A DNA stretch of 64,000 bases from Felis catus (GCF_018350175.1 NC_058368.1:212042001-212106000), one strand, 5' to 3'; positions 48,581 through 61,469 are shown, counted from the stretch's first letter. Translations and numbers: made by a program. The notes: generated from the letters alone by a model not told the origin.

Positions 48581-50779
48581 TCATCATGAAGGCAGGCACA
48601 AATTGCCTTATGCATGTTCAGTATTTTGTATGATAGTTTTGGGGATTTGATATAAACAACTGGACAGGAACCTAGGCAGATGAGAAAGGGACACTGAGCT
48701 GAGAGGGTCTCCACCTTAGGTGGCCCACCACCTTAGAATGGCCTAGATCCATCTGGATAGGACTGATTCATTTTTCCTTCTTGTGACAACAGTTGGCTAG
48801 AAGTCCCTGTGAGCATTAAGAAAATCCTGTTAAGCCGTTGGCATCATATTTAATGAACATGTACTATGTTTGTAGCATTTGATAATCTTTCAAAGTACTG
48901 CCAGAATAGGTAGGCCTGGAGTTTCAGAGTGAGCCTTGGAAGGTCTTGCTGAAGCTTAGGATCAGCCCTAGGTAATTGGTAAGATGCCCCATACTGGTCC
49001 ATCACCCATCTCCCCACAGATGAAAGAGCTCCATTCTTCAAGAGGCTCCTCTCCTGCCTCTCCCATTTTCTCAGTCTTTCTACTTAAGTAATAGGTCTTT
49101 CTGATCCATCAAGATATAAACTTTCATTAAGACCAAGGAGAACCCTAGGAAGAAAGCATAAGGTACTTGAAGACACAGGTACCCTAGGTTTCCATTCCCA
49201 CTCTGTAGCTCCTGGAAAAGACATGTTTTTCCCCTTCATTTCCATACAGATCACCTTAGAATGGCAGGTCCTTATAATCTGAAAAAGCTTTAGCAGTCAT
49301 TTAATCTGATTTCCTTCCTGAGCCAGTAATCCTTAAAAGCTGTATTTCCTAAGTGATGTGCCATGGAACACTACATATTAATGAGAGCTCTGAAAGCAGC
49401 AAGTCCCAAGGTCAAGAAAGCTTGGGAAACAGTGTACTAAATTCCCTGCTTGTATTACCGTATGGCTAGTTATTTATAAGCTGGTGGATTCTACATTATA
49501 CATGAAAATGTAACTGTGCAGGAATAAACTCTTTCTGAACACCTTCAGAAATGGAGAGCTCACCACTGAGGAGGTAGAGGCTATGTACAAGAAGCCTTTC
49601 ACAGTGCCTTGGAGGAAGTGTGGAAGTCCCTCAGTTACTAAGCTAAGGAAAGTGCGTCATTAGAGTTCTATCAGTGTTTCAGCTTGCTGGGACTCATTAT
49701 CCTACTTGGTTGATTACTTAAGTTTGGGAGTTTTTTGGTCTTCCTTCTGCCCCTATCTGCCTCTTCCACATTTGTCTTCATTATGAGAAATTCATCAGCA
49801 CATTTTTGCCAGAAGATGAGGAAGGGAAAGAAAGTGTATGGAATTAGATCTCAATTCAGTGGAATTGCTTGTCATCGTGTGTTAGCAATGAACGAAATTA
49901 ACAATTTAAAGTAAGATAATAATGGATCATATTGTTTTATAAATTCTGATTCTGATATTGGCTCTCAGGAGAGATTTAAAAGCTTCCCTTTTACCTGTAC
50001 TTGATTTAATTGTGTTATCATTTTGGGAGATTTCTCATCTCAAAAATGATTTCTCATTTTCTCCCACCTTTTTGACATGTTCTCAATGAAGTGAGGGTGT
50101 TATCAGCCAGGACCAGCCAGCCTGTGGGGAGCTTATATAATTTTTCATTTTTTTCACATACTGATACTTTGGTCCACAGCCCTAACCCTGGGAAATACTT
50201 GCTTTTGACATCTACTAGTTACTAACTAACACTTAGACTCATGTTTCTTCACTTGTTTATCTCTAAAGACATATGTCTTCACTTTAACAGTGGCCAGTTT
50301 TGAGAAGTCTCTTACCTAAGGACAAAAATAGTTTTGGTTCACAGTGAGTAAGATATACTTCTTTTTAATGAAAATGAGCTCCTTGGCTGGGACATTTCAA
50401 ATCTACCCGAAGCTGGCCCAGAGAGATGGACATCTTTGGCAGCTCAACTATTGTTGCTAATGGATATTAACTCCAATACTGATGTTCAGCTCTGTTGGGA
50501 AAGGCAGCAGTGTTCTGCCAAGAAGGGGATCTGGTTGCAAATGTGTGATAGCAGCAAAATGCTGAGTTGTGTGGGCAGTGGAAGGTGTGTTTGTTCAACT
50601 GAAACAACACCAGGGCTGAAAAGACCCTTAGATATGGTGTCTTCTGGTGGTTTAAAGCTCTGCCATGTGGAGTCCCTCTCTGTACCATCTGCCACATCTG
50701 CTTTGGGATTGTTTCTTTTCCTTGCTTTTTGCATAATTTTGGTTTGAAGAAAGGGTTTCATTACTAAAATACATTTTTA

Positions 50780-50885
50780 TTTTTTTATTTTTTAAGTAAT
50801 CTTTCTACACCCAACATGGAGCTTAAACTCACAACCCCAAGATCAAGAGTTGCATGCTCAATGGATTGAGTCAGACAGGTACCCA
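50780..50885 (-). mobile_element. Short older SINEC
   Basis: CACAACCCCAAGATCAAGAGTTGCATGCTC; 15-bp TSD TAAAATACATTTTTA at 50765-50779 and 50886-50900. Confidence 0.88.
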
Positions 50886-51469
50886 TAAAATACATTTTTA
50901 ACATAGGAGTTCAGTTCAATTTCCTCATTACATGGCTGTAATGGGGTAAGGGTGGTGATGAGAACACCTGCCCAAGGTCATGGGGCTTACAAGTGGCTCA
51001 ATGCAGAAGTGGTTTTGGCCAAGCTCATCAGGATGGGGAGTGAAACAATTGTCAATGGTGGACCTGAACCAAAGCTTTCTACGTCCTATCAGACTTAAGA
51101 TGTTCCTCTTTTTTCCTGGTGTCATTTCTCTAAGCACCAACTCTGGATCCAAGACATCTTCTCTAAGTAGCATGTGACTGGATTATACAAGAGAAGTGAG
51201 ACATTGTCTCCAGAAAGCCAGTTTCAAAAGATCACGTATTACCTATTGAGCTTCTCCCAGACAAATTTCCTTCAAGCGTTGCTTGGGACTCGTAGGGACT
51301 TGGAGCTTGGGGCCAGCTGGTGCCTGATCCAGCTTTTCTGCTAAGATGATTGTTTTGAGCTAACCCTTTCTACTCCACACATTGCAGTTTCCAGGCAGGG
51401 GTTTCCCAGGAACACTACCGCTATCCCCACAGCACCAATCTGAATGAGATTCAGACCGACTCATCTAAA

Positions 51470-51650
51470 ATGCTGGTCTGCTGCTTATTAGCCATATGAC
51501 TTTGAACAAATTTTATAACTTCTCTGAATCTCATGTTTCTTATTTTAAAATAACAATAATAAGACTTATCTCATATGGTTATTGAGAACTAACTAGTACA
51601 TTATCAAATAAAAAAGTGTTTATCACAGACCAGGCTCTTGTTAGGCATTT
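51470..51650 (+). mobile_element. MIR
   Basis: CTTATTAGCCATATGACTTTGAACAAATTTTATAACTTCTCTGAATCTCATGTTTC. Confidence 0.7.
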
Positions 51651-53169
51651 CATCAGAGGTGGCTGTCCGTGTCTGCGTTGTTGCTGAGTCGTTGTGCTTC
51701 AGGAACCTCACTCGTGCTGATGGCAGGAAGATGGGCGTCTAGAAGCTATTGGGTGTGACCTGGAGAAGATTAACTTGAGAGGATCTTCTTGGGGGAAGCT
51801 GGGCCTCAAATCTGTCAGTTGGTGCAGTTAACATCCAGTTTCCAGTCTGTGGTAGGTAATCCTTCATGCCAGGGAGAAATCCTCCTTCTCCATGAAAAAT
51901 CTGTGCATAGGGAAGCAGAAGAGAATTGAGGTGAGGGAAGAGCTGAGTCAGGATAGGAGACAGAGCCTTGAGCAAGTCCTTCAGTGGAAGACGTGGCTTT
52001 ATTGCCCATGCTAGAAGCTCCTGGCATGCTAAAAAAACATCCCTTAGAGTCCAAGAAACTTTATAATTTTCTGAGTCTTCCACTCTCTGGGTTCACTTTC
52101 CTTGCTCCCTGGGAAAACTTGAGTCTTCTCCATGCAACTTGCTCAAGCCATGGTTCAACCTACCTGCAGATGTCCTGGCGACCCTGAGTCTGACAGATGG
52201 GCTCTGCTACCCAAGAGAGCTCTAAATGAGACAGAGCTTTGTGAAGAGCTGCCTAAAGCACTTGGGGTTTGGGGAAGGGAAAAAGAAGTCAGTTATTTGT
52301 ATTCCCCAGAGATCTCTAGGCCCTCTGTTCTGTTAGTGCACAGGGTGTCCTGCACCCCTCAGCAGACACTACAGATATCTGCATTTCCTTGGCTTCTGGT
52401 TTGGGAAAGTCAGTCCTGGGTCAGGACTGGATATTGTCCTTCCCAAAACTGCCCATTTGGCTAGATTTCTCCCCTTCAAACAGACACTTCACAGTCTCAG
52501 TGTGGAACATGCTTTAATTGACACAAGCCATCCAATAGGGAAAAGTAGACAACTCTTGCAATTCTTCAGTATTTGTGATTCATAAGTTGTTTCTGATCAT
52601 CTTCAGTTTTTCCTTCACCCATACATCAAACATTTATTGAGCGCCACTGTTTGCCAGGCATGGTATTAGGCACTGGTCATAAAGCGAAAGGAGATGCCCT
52701 TCTGGCCCTTTACAAAGCCAGCAAGGCCAGGCTCTGATGCGAGCTTCTCTTCCTGTAGTTGAAATGTGAACTTCAAGAACCTCTGACAACCTTGGAAAAT
52801 AATTTTACTTAAATTGCTTTACTTTCTGTCAGCTGTTTTTTGAAGAAAAAAAAATCATCCCTGCAATCACTTCTTGGAATTTTCTTGATTTTTCACCAAT
52901 TTAAACTCTAATGTAGTCCTGTGTAGAGAATGTCACTATAGTTTGGAGGGTATATGTGTGTGGGTGTTGATAATTTTGTATTTTCTTTGGGGGTGGAAAA
53001 GGAAAACAATGCGAGGTAAGAGAATTCTTAAATATTCATTTTTATAAGTTTTATTAAAGAATTTTGTCAGAAGAAAAACATTGGACAGCCCCTCGAGGAG
53101 CAGGAAGCTACAGCACTGTGGAAGTTCTGTTAGAGGCCTGCCCAAAAGAGAGACCTCTGAACAAAGTCT

Positions 53170-53562
53170 GTGTGGGGTATGGACGGAATTGTGTCCTCCC
53201 AGATTTCCCATGTTGAAGCCCTAATCCCCCACCCCCCACCCGGTGTGACTGTATTCAGACACAGGGCTTTTAGGAGGTTACTAAGGTTAAATGGAGTCAT
53301 AAGGGTGGGGTCCTAGTTCAACACGATTGGTGGCCTGATAAGAAGAGGGTGAGAACAAAATCTGTCCACACGCACACACTGAGGAAAAACCATGTGAGCC
53401 GATAGTGGGAAGGTAGCCATCTGCAAGCCAGAAAGAGAGCTCTCACCAGAGCCTGCCCTTGCCGGCATCCTGATCTTGGACTTCCAGTTTCCGGGACTGG
53501 AAGAAGACACATTTCTGTCCTTCAAGCCCTGGTATTTTGTTATGGCATCCTGAGCTGACTAT
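53170..53562 (+). mobile_element. MLT1 (MaLR) solo LTR
   Basis: GAATTGTGTCCTCCC...GTTGAAGCCCTAATCCCC...CCATCTGCAAGCCAG...ATCTTGGACTTCCAG...TTTGTTATGGCATCCTGAGCTGACTA. Confidence 0.88.
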
Positions 53563-55239
53563 GTGTGTGTGTGTGGGGGGGGCGGGTGGCAAGGTCAGGA
53601 GCCTCCCAGAATTGTTGGCACCTCACCTGCCACTACAGAACTGTCTGGCTTTGTCACCAGGCCTTGAAGAGAAGTGGGTACGGCTGGCTTCTTGTACAGT
53701 CTGAAATTCTTGAGCAGAAGCAATTTTTCTGTTAAGTCTGGGATGACTTCATGAGGACAGAGTCGGCCTGGGTGTATACGATCCTCTCCCAGCTTGGTCC
53801 CGTCAGGGTCCAGGTGGAATCCCACCACTACCACTTCTGCAAAGCTTCTGGCACTGTTTATGAGTACAGATATCTCTCTCCTTGGGGAATACGTGAAACC
53901 TGAAGACATTTTCATTAGCGCAGGATCTGCCCTTTAGCAAGTGCTCAGTGTAGGTCTTGTTGAAAACGTTAAATCGATACACATCTTTACCAGCCTGCAT
54001 CTCTCATTTCCACGTTTCTTCCTACATGCCCGTTTACTGAGAACTCACCAGACTATTTGCTGGAAAATTTGAAAATAACTTCATGGGCTTTAAAGGTATC
54101 CTTTTTTTCTCCCTTTAAACTCTTTTGCTCAACACTGAGGAGATAAAAGGTGGAGGAGGGGGAGTAAAGGCAGAGACACAAGAAAAGCAAGGACTGGGAG
54201 AAGCAGAGAAATCACCTTTATCCTACCAGCGTCTTATGGGTGGCAGCCTCCTGCCAGGTCCTGACCTTAGGTACCTGCGGCCTGAGAGGAGGGGTGTCCA
54301 TAGCCACAGCCTGGAGCAAGGGGTCCTGCTTTAATGACTGGGCTGCACAATGCACACTTCGTGCCAGCGGAAGCCTCTGCAAGAGGACCCCCACTGAGGG
54401 GGTGGGTGATGAGCCTACAGGACCAAGTGAGGAGGGGGCACCAAGGACTACAAGCTTTGTTAGGGCACTGGGTGAAGATGCTTATAGCTGCTCACCCAGA
54501 TATATAAGGTCATGGGGAGCACTGGTCATCCTTGCAGCTTGGAGGAGATTCCCCACCCCACGTGGCAAGGACAAGAGGGATTCAGAGAAGGAGATCACAC
54601 CTAACTGGATTGATAGGATTCCTCTACTTGGCCTGGTCTGCTAACGCCCCTTCTAGAACACAGATCCCACGTGGACTCGAGTATGGCTTGCTCCTTGGCT
54701 TGTACAGAGAGATTTGGAAACATAGTTTGAAATGTTCCCATCCTCAAAAAGAGGGTGACAGACAGGGGGGTAGGTAAGGATGCAGAGTCAGAACCCATTG
54801 ATAACATCTCTAGAGGTTTCTTAGGGAAGACATACTCATCCGTGCAAAGTAGGTGGAGAAGGAAAATAGAAACTTGTTCTACCACAGGCAGATGAGAGGT
54901 CAACCATCTCCTTGTCCGCAAATCTTCACAAGACTTCCCTTCAAGGCTAACACAATCCTGGGTTATTTTCCAAAAGTGCTATACCTAGTACAGCTTTATT
55001 ATTTTCAAGTGAAGCTGACAAGAAGTGAATTTGAAATTATTTGGACCTACAATTATGTCACATTTTTTTGGTGAATATTACTGGATATGTTCTAACTTCA
55101 CACAGATAGTGAAACTGAGGAACCCAGAAGGGCTACATAGCAAACCAGGGTAATCAACTCTATCTTTATACCTTCTTGAAGTATATACAGCTTTTCCAGC
55201 TTTCATGTTCTCCTGTTGTATGCATGTTTACTCTGCAGG

Positions 55240-55475
55240 AGACAGTGTGGTGTATATGAAACGTACATGATTTTAGGCATAGAAAACCCTGGATCTTCCA
55301 GACTTTATAGACTATGTGACTTCGGGGAAATTATTGAACCAGTCATTTTGAACATTAATTCCCACATTTGCAAAACAAAGATAGAAGCACGTCCCTCAAA
55401 CCTTCATGAGGATAAACAACTTGGTGTTTTAAAACCCAGGACACTGCCTTGCACGTAGTAGGCACTGAAATATTT
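55240..55475 (+). mobile_element. MIR
   Basis: CAGTGTGGTGTA...CTATGTGACTTCGGGGAAATTATTGAACC...GCACGTAGTAGGCACTG. Confidence 0.65.
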
Positions 55476-55612
55476 AGAGGAGGAAGAGAAGAAGAAAAAG
55501 TTCTTATTTTTTATTATAACATCTTTTTAATAGTGAGGAGTCTATTTAATGAAATAGGTAATAATTATTTCAGAGAAGCACCTTTGAACCTCTCTATAAG
55601 ATGCAAGTTTCA

Positions 55613-55807
55613 GGGGTACCTGGGTGGCTCAATCATTTAAGCATCCAACTTTGGCTGAGGTCATGATCTTGGCAATTTGTGAGTCTTAGCCCCACGTTGG
55701 GCTCTCTGCTGTCAGTACAGAGCCCACTTCTGATCCTCTGTCCCTCTCTCTCTGCTCCTCCCTTGCTGATGTCTCTCTTTCTCTCAAAATAAATAAACTT
55801 TAAGAAA
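55613..55807 (+). mobile_element. SINEC about 200 nt upstream of the exon acceptor
   Basis: GGGGTACCTGGGTGGCTC head, (CT)n, AATAAA tail; degenerate TSD AAGATGCAAGTTTCA/AAGATGTGAATTCCA. Confidence 0.9.
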
Positions 55808-56004
55808 AAGATGTGAATTCCAGTTATCTTGGTCATAATCATTTAAATTGATCTCTTCTTCCATTTCAGTCATGTATATAAGAACCTTGCATTCCTACAA
55901 TGTTAAACAGAAGTTAAACTTATGGCCTTGCATCTTGACAAGCAGAAGTGAGTAGTATATGAGAATACATAGAGTTAGCCCACTGTCTTCTCCTTCATGT
56001 TTAG

Positions 56005-56201
56005 ACAGTCTTGCCACCTCCCAGACACTAGAGCAACAGCGAGAAAAGTGGGAGAGGAACCACCGGCCTAGCAGAGGCCTGTCTCGGCGTTCCATCAGTA
56101 AAGAGCGATGGGTGGAGACACTGGTGGTGGCTGACACGAAGATGATTGAGTATCATGGGAGTGACAATGTGGAGTCCTATATCCTCACCATCATGAACAT
56201 G
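56005..56201 (+). CDS. ADAMTS12: ADAMTS12 coding exon (probably exon 4): end of prodomain, proprotein-convertase site, start of metalloprotease domain
   Basis: Acceptor TCTTCTCCTTCATGTTTAG| (AG 56003-56004), donor ATG|GTATGT (56202). 197 nt, phase 1 to phase 0. Encodes (D)[65 protein letters not shown], matching the ADAMTS12 sequence I recall ([24 protein letters not shown]); ADAMTS7 is the closest paralogue but fits less well. Confidence 0.96.
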
Positions 56202-56386
56202 GTATGTCAGACCCTGGAGTGGGGAGAGGCAGCTGGCGAACAGTGTCATTAGATATGCTCTACCCTCCAAAAATAAGAGATACCTTTTTTGTTCTTTCCA
56301 TATATCTGTATCTATATCTATCTATACACATATATCTATCTATATATATATATATAGTATATATGTATATGTATATATGTATATGT

Positions 56387-56419
<33 letters not shown>

Positions 56420-57111
56420 TATACATATAGATAGATATAGATATATCAATCTATTCCCTGCCTAAGTGAGGAAGGATGGAAATTCAGGGCTAATTATTCT
56501 TTCTCTTAAAGGTGTGTATCCTAGGGAAATTTGGGATTTGTCATATATTTTCTACTGGGTATTGCTCAAGTGACTCAATCCGTTTAGTGTGACTTTATCT
56601 CATCAATTTATGTTAGTGCACAGATAAGTAAACTGAGGCAAAGAATTAGAACATGCTTTCCTCAAGGTAGTTAGAATTAGAATTGGAATAAAGTTCATGA
56701 CCCTCCTAATTCCAGACTTCCCTTTTGTATCCTTGGTGTTTCTGCCTTCCCAGAGAGAGTGTTAGAGAGAGTGCTAGTCTTATGGAGACGGGAAAAGGTA
56801 TTTGACTAATGAACTGATAATACAAGAGAGAAAGACTATGGATCAGGGAAAGGGTCAAAGGGAAGAAAGGCATCAGTCCCTCAAGCACACAGCTAGTCAG
56901 TCACCTTGGAAAGGTTGCTGTTAAGTATCATAGTATGGATTGGGCCAGGGGGCATTTCTCACTCTTTGTTGCACTCCCCCCAGAATTCCTAAGCTATAAA
57001 ATAACATTTATTTCAAGTGCATCACAGTGCTATTCCCCCCCCCACACACACACACACACTCTGGTATTTATCTATGCATGTGAGCTAATGGTTTTCCGTT
57101 TCTGACTCTAG
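56202..57111 (+). other. ADAMTS12: ADAMTS12 intron, 910 nt, GT-AG
   Basis: GTATGT...CTCTAG between the two in-frame exons. Confidence 0.95.
56300..56447. repeat. (TA)n/(TATATG)n/(TAGA)n compound repeat
   Basis: Read directly. Confidence 0.92.
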
Positions 57112-57195
57112 GTCACTGGGTTGTTCCATAACCCAAGTATTGGCAATGCAATTCACATTGTTGTGGTTCGGCTCATTCTACTTGAAGAAGAAGAG
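57112..57195 (+). CDS. ADAMTS12: ADAMTS12 coding exon (probably exon 5): metalloprotease domain
   Basis: Branch-like GCTAAT (57084-57089), tract GTTTTCCGTTTCTGACTCTAG|, donor GAG|GTAAGG. 84 nt, phase 0-0, encodes [28 protein letters not shown], in frame with the previous exon (...IMNM|VTGL...). Confidence 0.96.
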
Positions 57196-57599
57196 GTAAG
57201 GAATAGTTTCTCCACTCTACTGTCCTGCATCCTTACCCTTACCCTCCCTACCTCTTTTTTCAGGAGAGCTCTTGAGAGACGAGAAACGGGACACCAAAGG
57301 GTGTTCAGAAGCCCAGTAAGAAAGAAAATAATATTTCTGTATTATTTTCTTGGGAATTTGGTGCTGTCGAGTGGGAGATGGAGAATGTTTCTGAGGTATA
57401 TGTCATTGGACTCATCTGATGGTCATTTCATCTAGTAACACACAAATCAGGTTTGCAGCAGTGACTAAGAGTGTTCCACAGTGAAAGAGACTAAATCATG
57501 AAATGGTTGCATGGTTTCAATAAAAGTTGGGAGCAACATGGAAATGTTGAACCCTTTATACTGTTTATTTACCTCTTGCATAATTAATTCTTGTCCCTC

Positions 57600-58710
57600 A
57601 ACTCTGGACTGTCTTGTCTCTCTGCACATTTACCCTTGGAAATGTCATCTATTCTCAGAGATTTACATGTCTTCTACATGCTGAGACTCTCAACTGATAC
57701 TTCAAACCAAGACCTTTTACTTGAGCTCCAGACTCACATCCAGTTGCCTCCTTGCCATCTCACCCTGGATGGGCCATAGTCCTGGCAAACTTAGTAAGTC
57801 CGCAGTGGAATTCTTGATTCCTCTCTGCCCCGATCGTCTCAGTTCTGCCTCCCCCTGACCCCATTCTCCAACCCTCTGTGTTACCCATTTGAGTAAATTT
57901 TGCTACTTCACCATAGCATAAGCCTAGGAGTCTTGAATCCTGCTTTTCTTCTCTTCTACATTCAACAGCAAGGCCCACAAGGCTACCTTCAAAATACACC
58001 TCAAAGTCACCCACTGTTCATCATTTCTACAGTCATTATGTTGCTTTAGGTCTTATTGGTTCTTATTGCAGTGAACTCCCAAGTGGTCTTCCTATTTTAA
58101 GACTTGCCCTCCATAATCCATTCTCTATGTAGCAGTTAGAATGATAATCTTAAATGCAAATTTGCGTTGCTCCACTGCACAGAACTGTTAAATAACTTTC
58201 TGTTGTTTTTAGAACAAAATAAAAAATTTCTGCCATGTCCTGCAGAGATTTTCATGATCATCATGACTCCATCCACTCGTCTTTCCGTATGTCACTCTCT
58301 GCCTTGTTTCCCACCCTTGAACACCCTGGACTTCAGATAGGTTCTGGAACACACAAGGCCCTCTTTAGCCTCATGGCTTGTGTGCTTATGTTACCCAATG
58401 CCTGAAATACCCCTTCCTTCGCCGTACTGATGGCTGGAACTTCTTACCTGTCAGACCTCTGTTTACTTGCTGCCTCTCTCCAGAGAAGTCTCAGTGGCCA
58501 ACCTACTCAACCTTGCTTGGTCTTCTCCATCACAGAATGAAGTTTACTCCTTTATTGATACTGCTCTCTCAATTCATTAATATTCTGTCTTTGTTTACTC
58601 TTTTCTTGTTTATCTTAGCCACCATCAGAATGTGAATCCCTTCTTTATTATTATTAGCTATATCCCAGCACCTAACAAACAAATGAATGAAGTGAAACTT
58701 AGTGAGTTAA
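57600..58710 (+). mobile_element. L2 3' region
   Basis: TGAGCTCCAGACTCACATCCAGTTGCCTCCTTGCCATCTC; AATCCATTCTCTATGTAGCAG; TATATCCCAGCACCTAAC...AATGAATGAA. Confidence 0.75.
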
Positions 58711-59376
58711 TGAACCAACCAACTTGATGGAATGTCTTTGCAATCTATAGACCTTACCCAGCAGCTGAATATGTGAAGAATGGCATCATTCAACTCTCCC
58801 TCAGCAAGAGACCTGAGATCAAAATGCTCAAGGCAAGATTTATGGTTTTCTGGCCTCCACAATCAGAAGATTTAAAAAACAATAGTATCTGGAGCCTGGA
58901 TCCATTTTCCTTTCTCTCTCCGCTACCATCCCCCACTTTCCTAATCACTCAAGCATACTTTGGGTATCTCAGAATATTGATGGGTGTATTATTTTCCTTC
59001 CTGTGAACATTTTGTTATGAAAATTCATCCAGTGATTAGAAACCAAGCAAAACAAAAGCAATGTATCCTTTCAACTCTAACATGACCTATCTGATTCTAT
59101 GAGAATGTAACCTTGATTATTATTTACTATTGATTAGGACCCAGACAGTAAAGTTAAGTATTAACTGACAGGGTACAAATGGTTCTTGCCTGGTAGAGAT
59201 GAGGATAATTTGTGTCCAGCAGAGAAGAGAACTCTGAAAGTTGTGGTTTTATGGGTCTCTGGAACATTAACTGATTTTGTATCTAATTTAGCAATCGTAT
59301 TCCAGCATTCTTTCTTTATAGTTTCACCAACTGTAGTGACATCACTTTCCTATATCTGCCTTTGAACTAGCTTGGA

Positions 59377-59679
59377 TGTTAGGGGAAAATCTGTTATAAG
59401 ATGGCCGACAGGACTGATAAGGGAATTCCAGTCCTTGTCAGAAGACACCCCTTCCGGGATTTCCTTCCTACCCTGCTTGCCACAGGTGCCAAATTACTAC
59501 TAATGAGGGATACAGAAGTCACAGACTATAAATTGTCCCCTCTGTTGATGCTCTGGGCTCAGATCTCTGGAGAATGATCTCCTCTGGGCGCACCGGTGTA
59601 AAATAAACCTCCTTCCTTCCAAGATCTCTGAGTGCCGCTAGGTTCTTCTGCCGGGTGATCCAGACCAGTTTCCATAACA
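59377..59679 (+). mobile_element. ERV solo LTR (class I-like, 303 bp)
   Basis: Inverted termini TGTTAGGGGAAA...TTTCCATAACA; perfect 4-bp TSD TGGA (59373-59376, 59680-59683); TATAAA at 59527-59532 and AATAAA at 59602-59607. Confidence 0.9.
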
Positions 59680-60055
59680 TGGACATCTTGTCTATCTTCT
59701 TATTAATGAGTTAAATGCATTCTTATCATGCTTACTATATATTTGTATGAGAGTTACATTTTTAACTTTGTAAAAATTATGCTTTGATACTTTGGAAGAC
59801 AAAATTTCACTATTGTGTAATGGTCTGGCCTATATGCATGCTTAGCTGCAGAATATGTAGAAGTTTAGGGTTTTCAGACAAAAAAAAAAAAAAAGAGAGA
59901 GAGAGAAGAAGTTTCTTCTGAATGTGAAAGGGAAAACCTTTCCCCTCAGCAGTGCCACTGGTAGTGCTAGTCAGACCTCAAATTGTGGCTTCCATGGATC
60001 AGGCCCTTACAGCTCCACATCTCTCTGTCCCTGGGAAACAATGCCACTTGGAGTC

Positions 60056-60495
60056 TGTGGAGGTCTCCCGATTGGATGTGGGGTGACCCCATAGTCTGGA
60101 AGCCGGAGGTGCAGGCAGTGAAAGAATTCACAAAGCAGAACAAAGGAGATAGAAGTTTATTGAATACACTGCAAGGGAGCAGTGGGCAGGACAGCAAAGG
60201 AGAGACTCTGTGCCATAAGGCAGCAAAGGAGGGGGGGTGGGGGCTATAGTTAAGGGAGAAGGTAAGGAGGTATGGGAACGTATGTAATTTTCCTTTTTTG
60301 GTATCTGTGTCCTGGGGTAAGTAACCAATGGGTTACCAATGACCCATTGGTCATCCAGGGCTTATGGATATTTTGAGGTGGGTTGCCTAATGGGCCTGTT
60401 TGTATTCAGCTAGGGAATTGGAGGTCGCTGTGGGCCCTTCTACCTTACTCATGGTTTCATTATTTGAAGTTGGTTACCTAAAAGCAACCCTTACA
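60056..60495 (-). mobile_element. ERV solo LTR (left boundary 60056, or possibly 59923)
   Basis: Right end ...AACCCTTACA; antisense poly(A) signal TTTATT at about 60156-60161 next to AAAGAATTC, as in the LTR at 62556; CCAAT cluster. No clean TSD at either candidate boundary. Confidence 0.7.
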
Positions 60496-61469
60496 GAACC
60501 CTTTGAAAGAATTTGATTGGCTGCTCTCTGACTCCATCACAATTACATTACTTTCCTTCTTCCTGTCCTCATTTTGCAAGAGCAGAGACACAAATGATTT
60601 GCTACAAAAAAAATCCATGGCTTTCTTCCTTTTGCTTGCCAAGTATCTTCCTCATTCAGGCTTTTATAGAATCTCCAAGTAGTACAAGGTTCATAATTTG
60701 ACAGTAGAATTGCTGGCTCATTGAAGAGTTGCAATGTGCAATTCTCATTTTTGTGATTCCCAGATAGTGGCTCAAGCTATTCTTCAAATCTTTGACTAAT
60801 GAGCAGCCCCAACCACAACAAACAATGATTCCAGCCTTACCTGATATCAGGGAAGCAGCCAGAGGCATGTGAGCTCTTGGGAGGGGACTCCTCTGAGCAG
60901 GAAGACCTGAGTTCTAGTCTTACTGTGCATTCATCCAGTAGGTAACTCTGCAAAGGTGAAGTGACATCACTGTTCCATACCCTGTTTTTCTCCATCTGTG
61001 AATCAGAAGAGAGTTGTGGTATATTAGCTGTATGTCAAAAGCTATGTTGGCCTCTAAAGATAACAAATACTAATATGAGTCTCATTTTCTGATTCTCAGA
61101 GGCTTAGAGTCTAATGAACAAAAGCACAAAATAAGAAATTTTCAAATTGAGATTGCCATGAGTACAAGAAAGAGTAAAAGAGCACCCCAGATAGGGGAGG
61201 CTAAGCTGGGTTGTAGAGGAGGAGAAGGAGTGAGGAAGGACATTCCAGGTAGAGGGAACTGCGTGGTTAGTAGCTTGAACACTTACATATGAGGACTCAT
61301 CCTTGTGAACACTGATAATGAACCCCGAAATGGGAGCCTCAATAACCTTGCTGTGAAAAAAGGAGACAGGACTGTGCGGGGACAGGAAAGAGAGAGGAGA
61401 GTCAGTCACAACCTGCTCACTTCCATGCAACAGGTTTGTTCCCTGTTTCTGTGCTGACATCATCACCCT

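Larger units (their letters stand above)
1..56004 (+). other. ADAMTS12: 3' part of a large ADAMTS12 intron (upstream exon outside window)
   Basis: Ends at a canonical acceptor; no other ADAMTS-like ORF seen upstream; sequence dominated by interspersed repeats. Confidence 0.85.

Noticed and set aside
48710..48745. CCACCTTAGGTGGCC as a CTCF site
   Set aside because: Core spacing is off relative to the consensus; it looks like a short local duplication or palindrome.
55959..56252. Whole 97-aa ORF as a single-exon protein
   Set aside because: Only 56005-56201 is exon, bounded by AG/GT; the flanks are intron read-through. The same applies to ORF 57121-57435.
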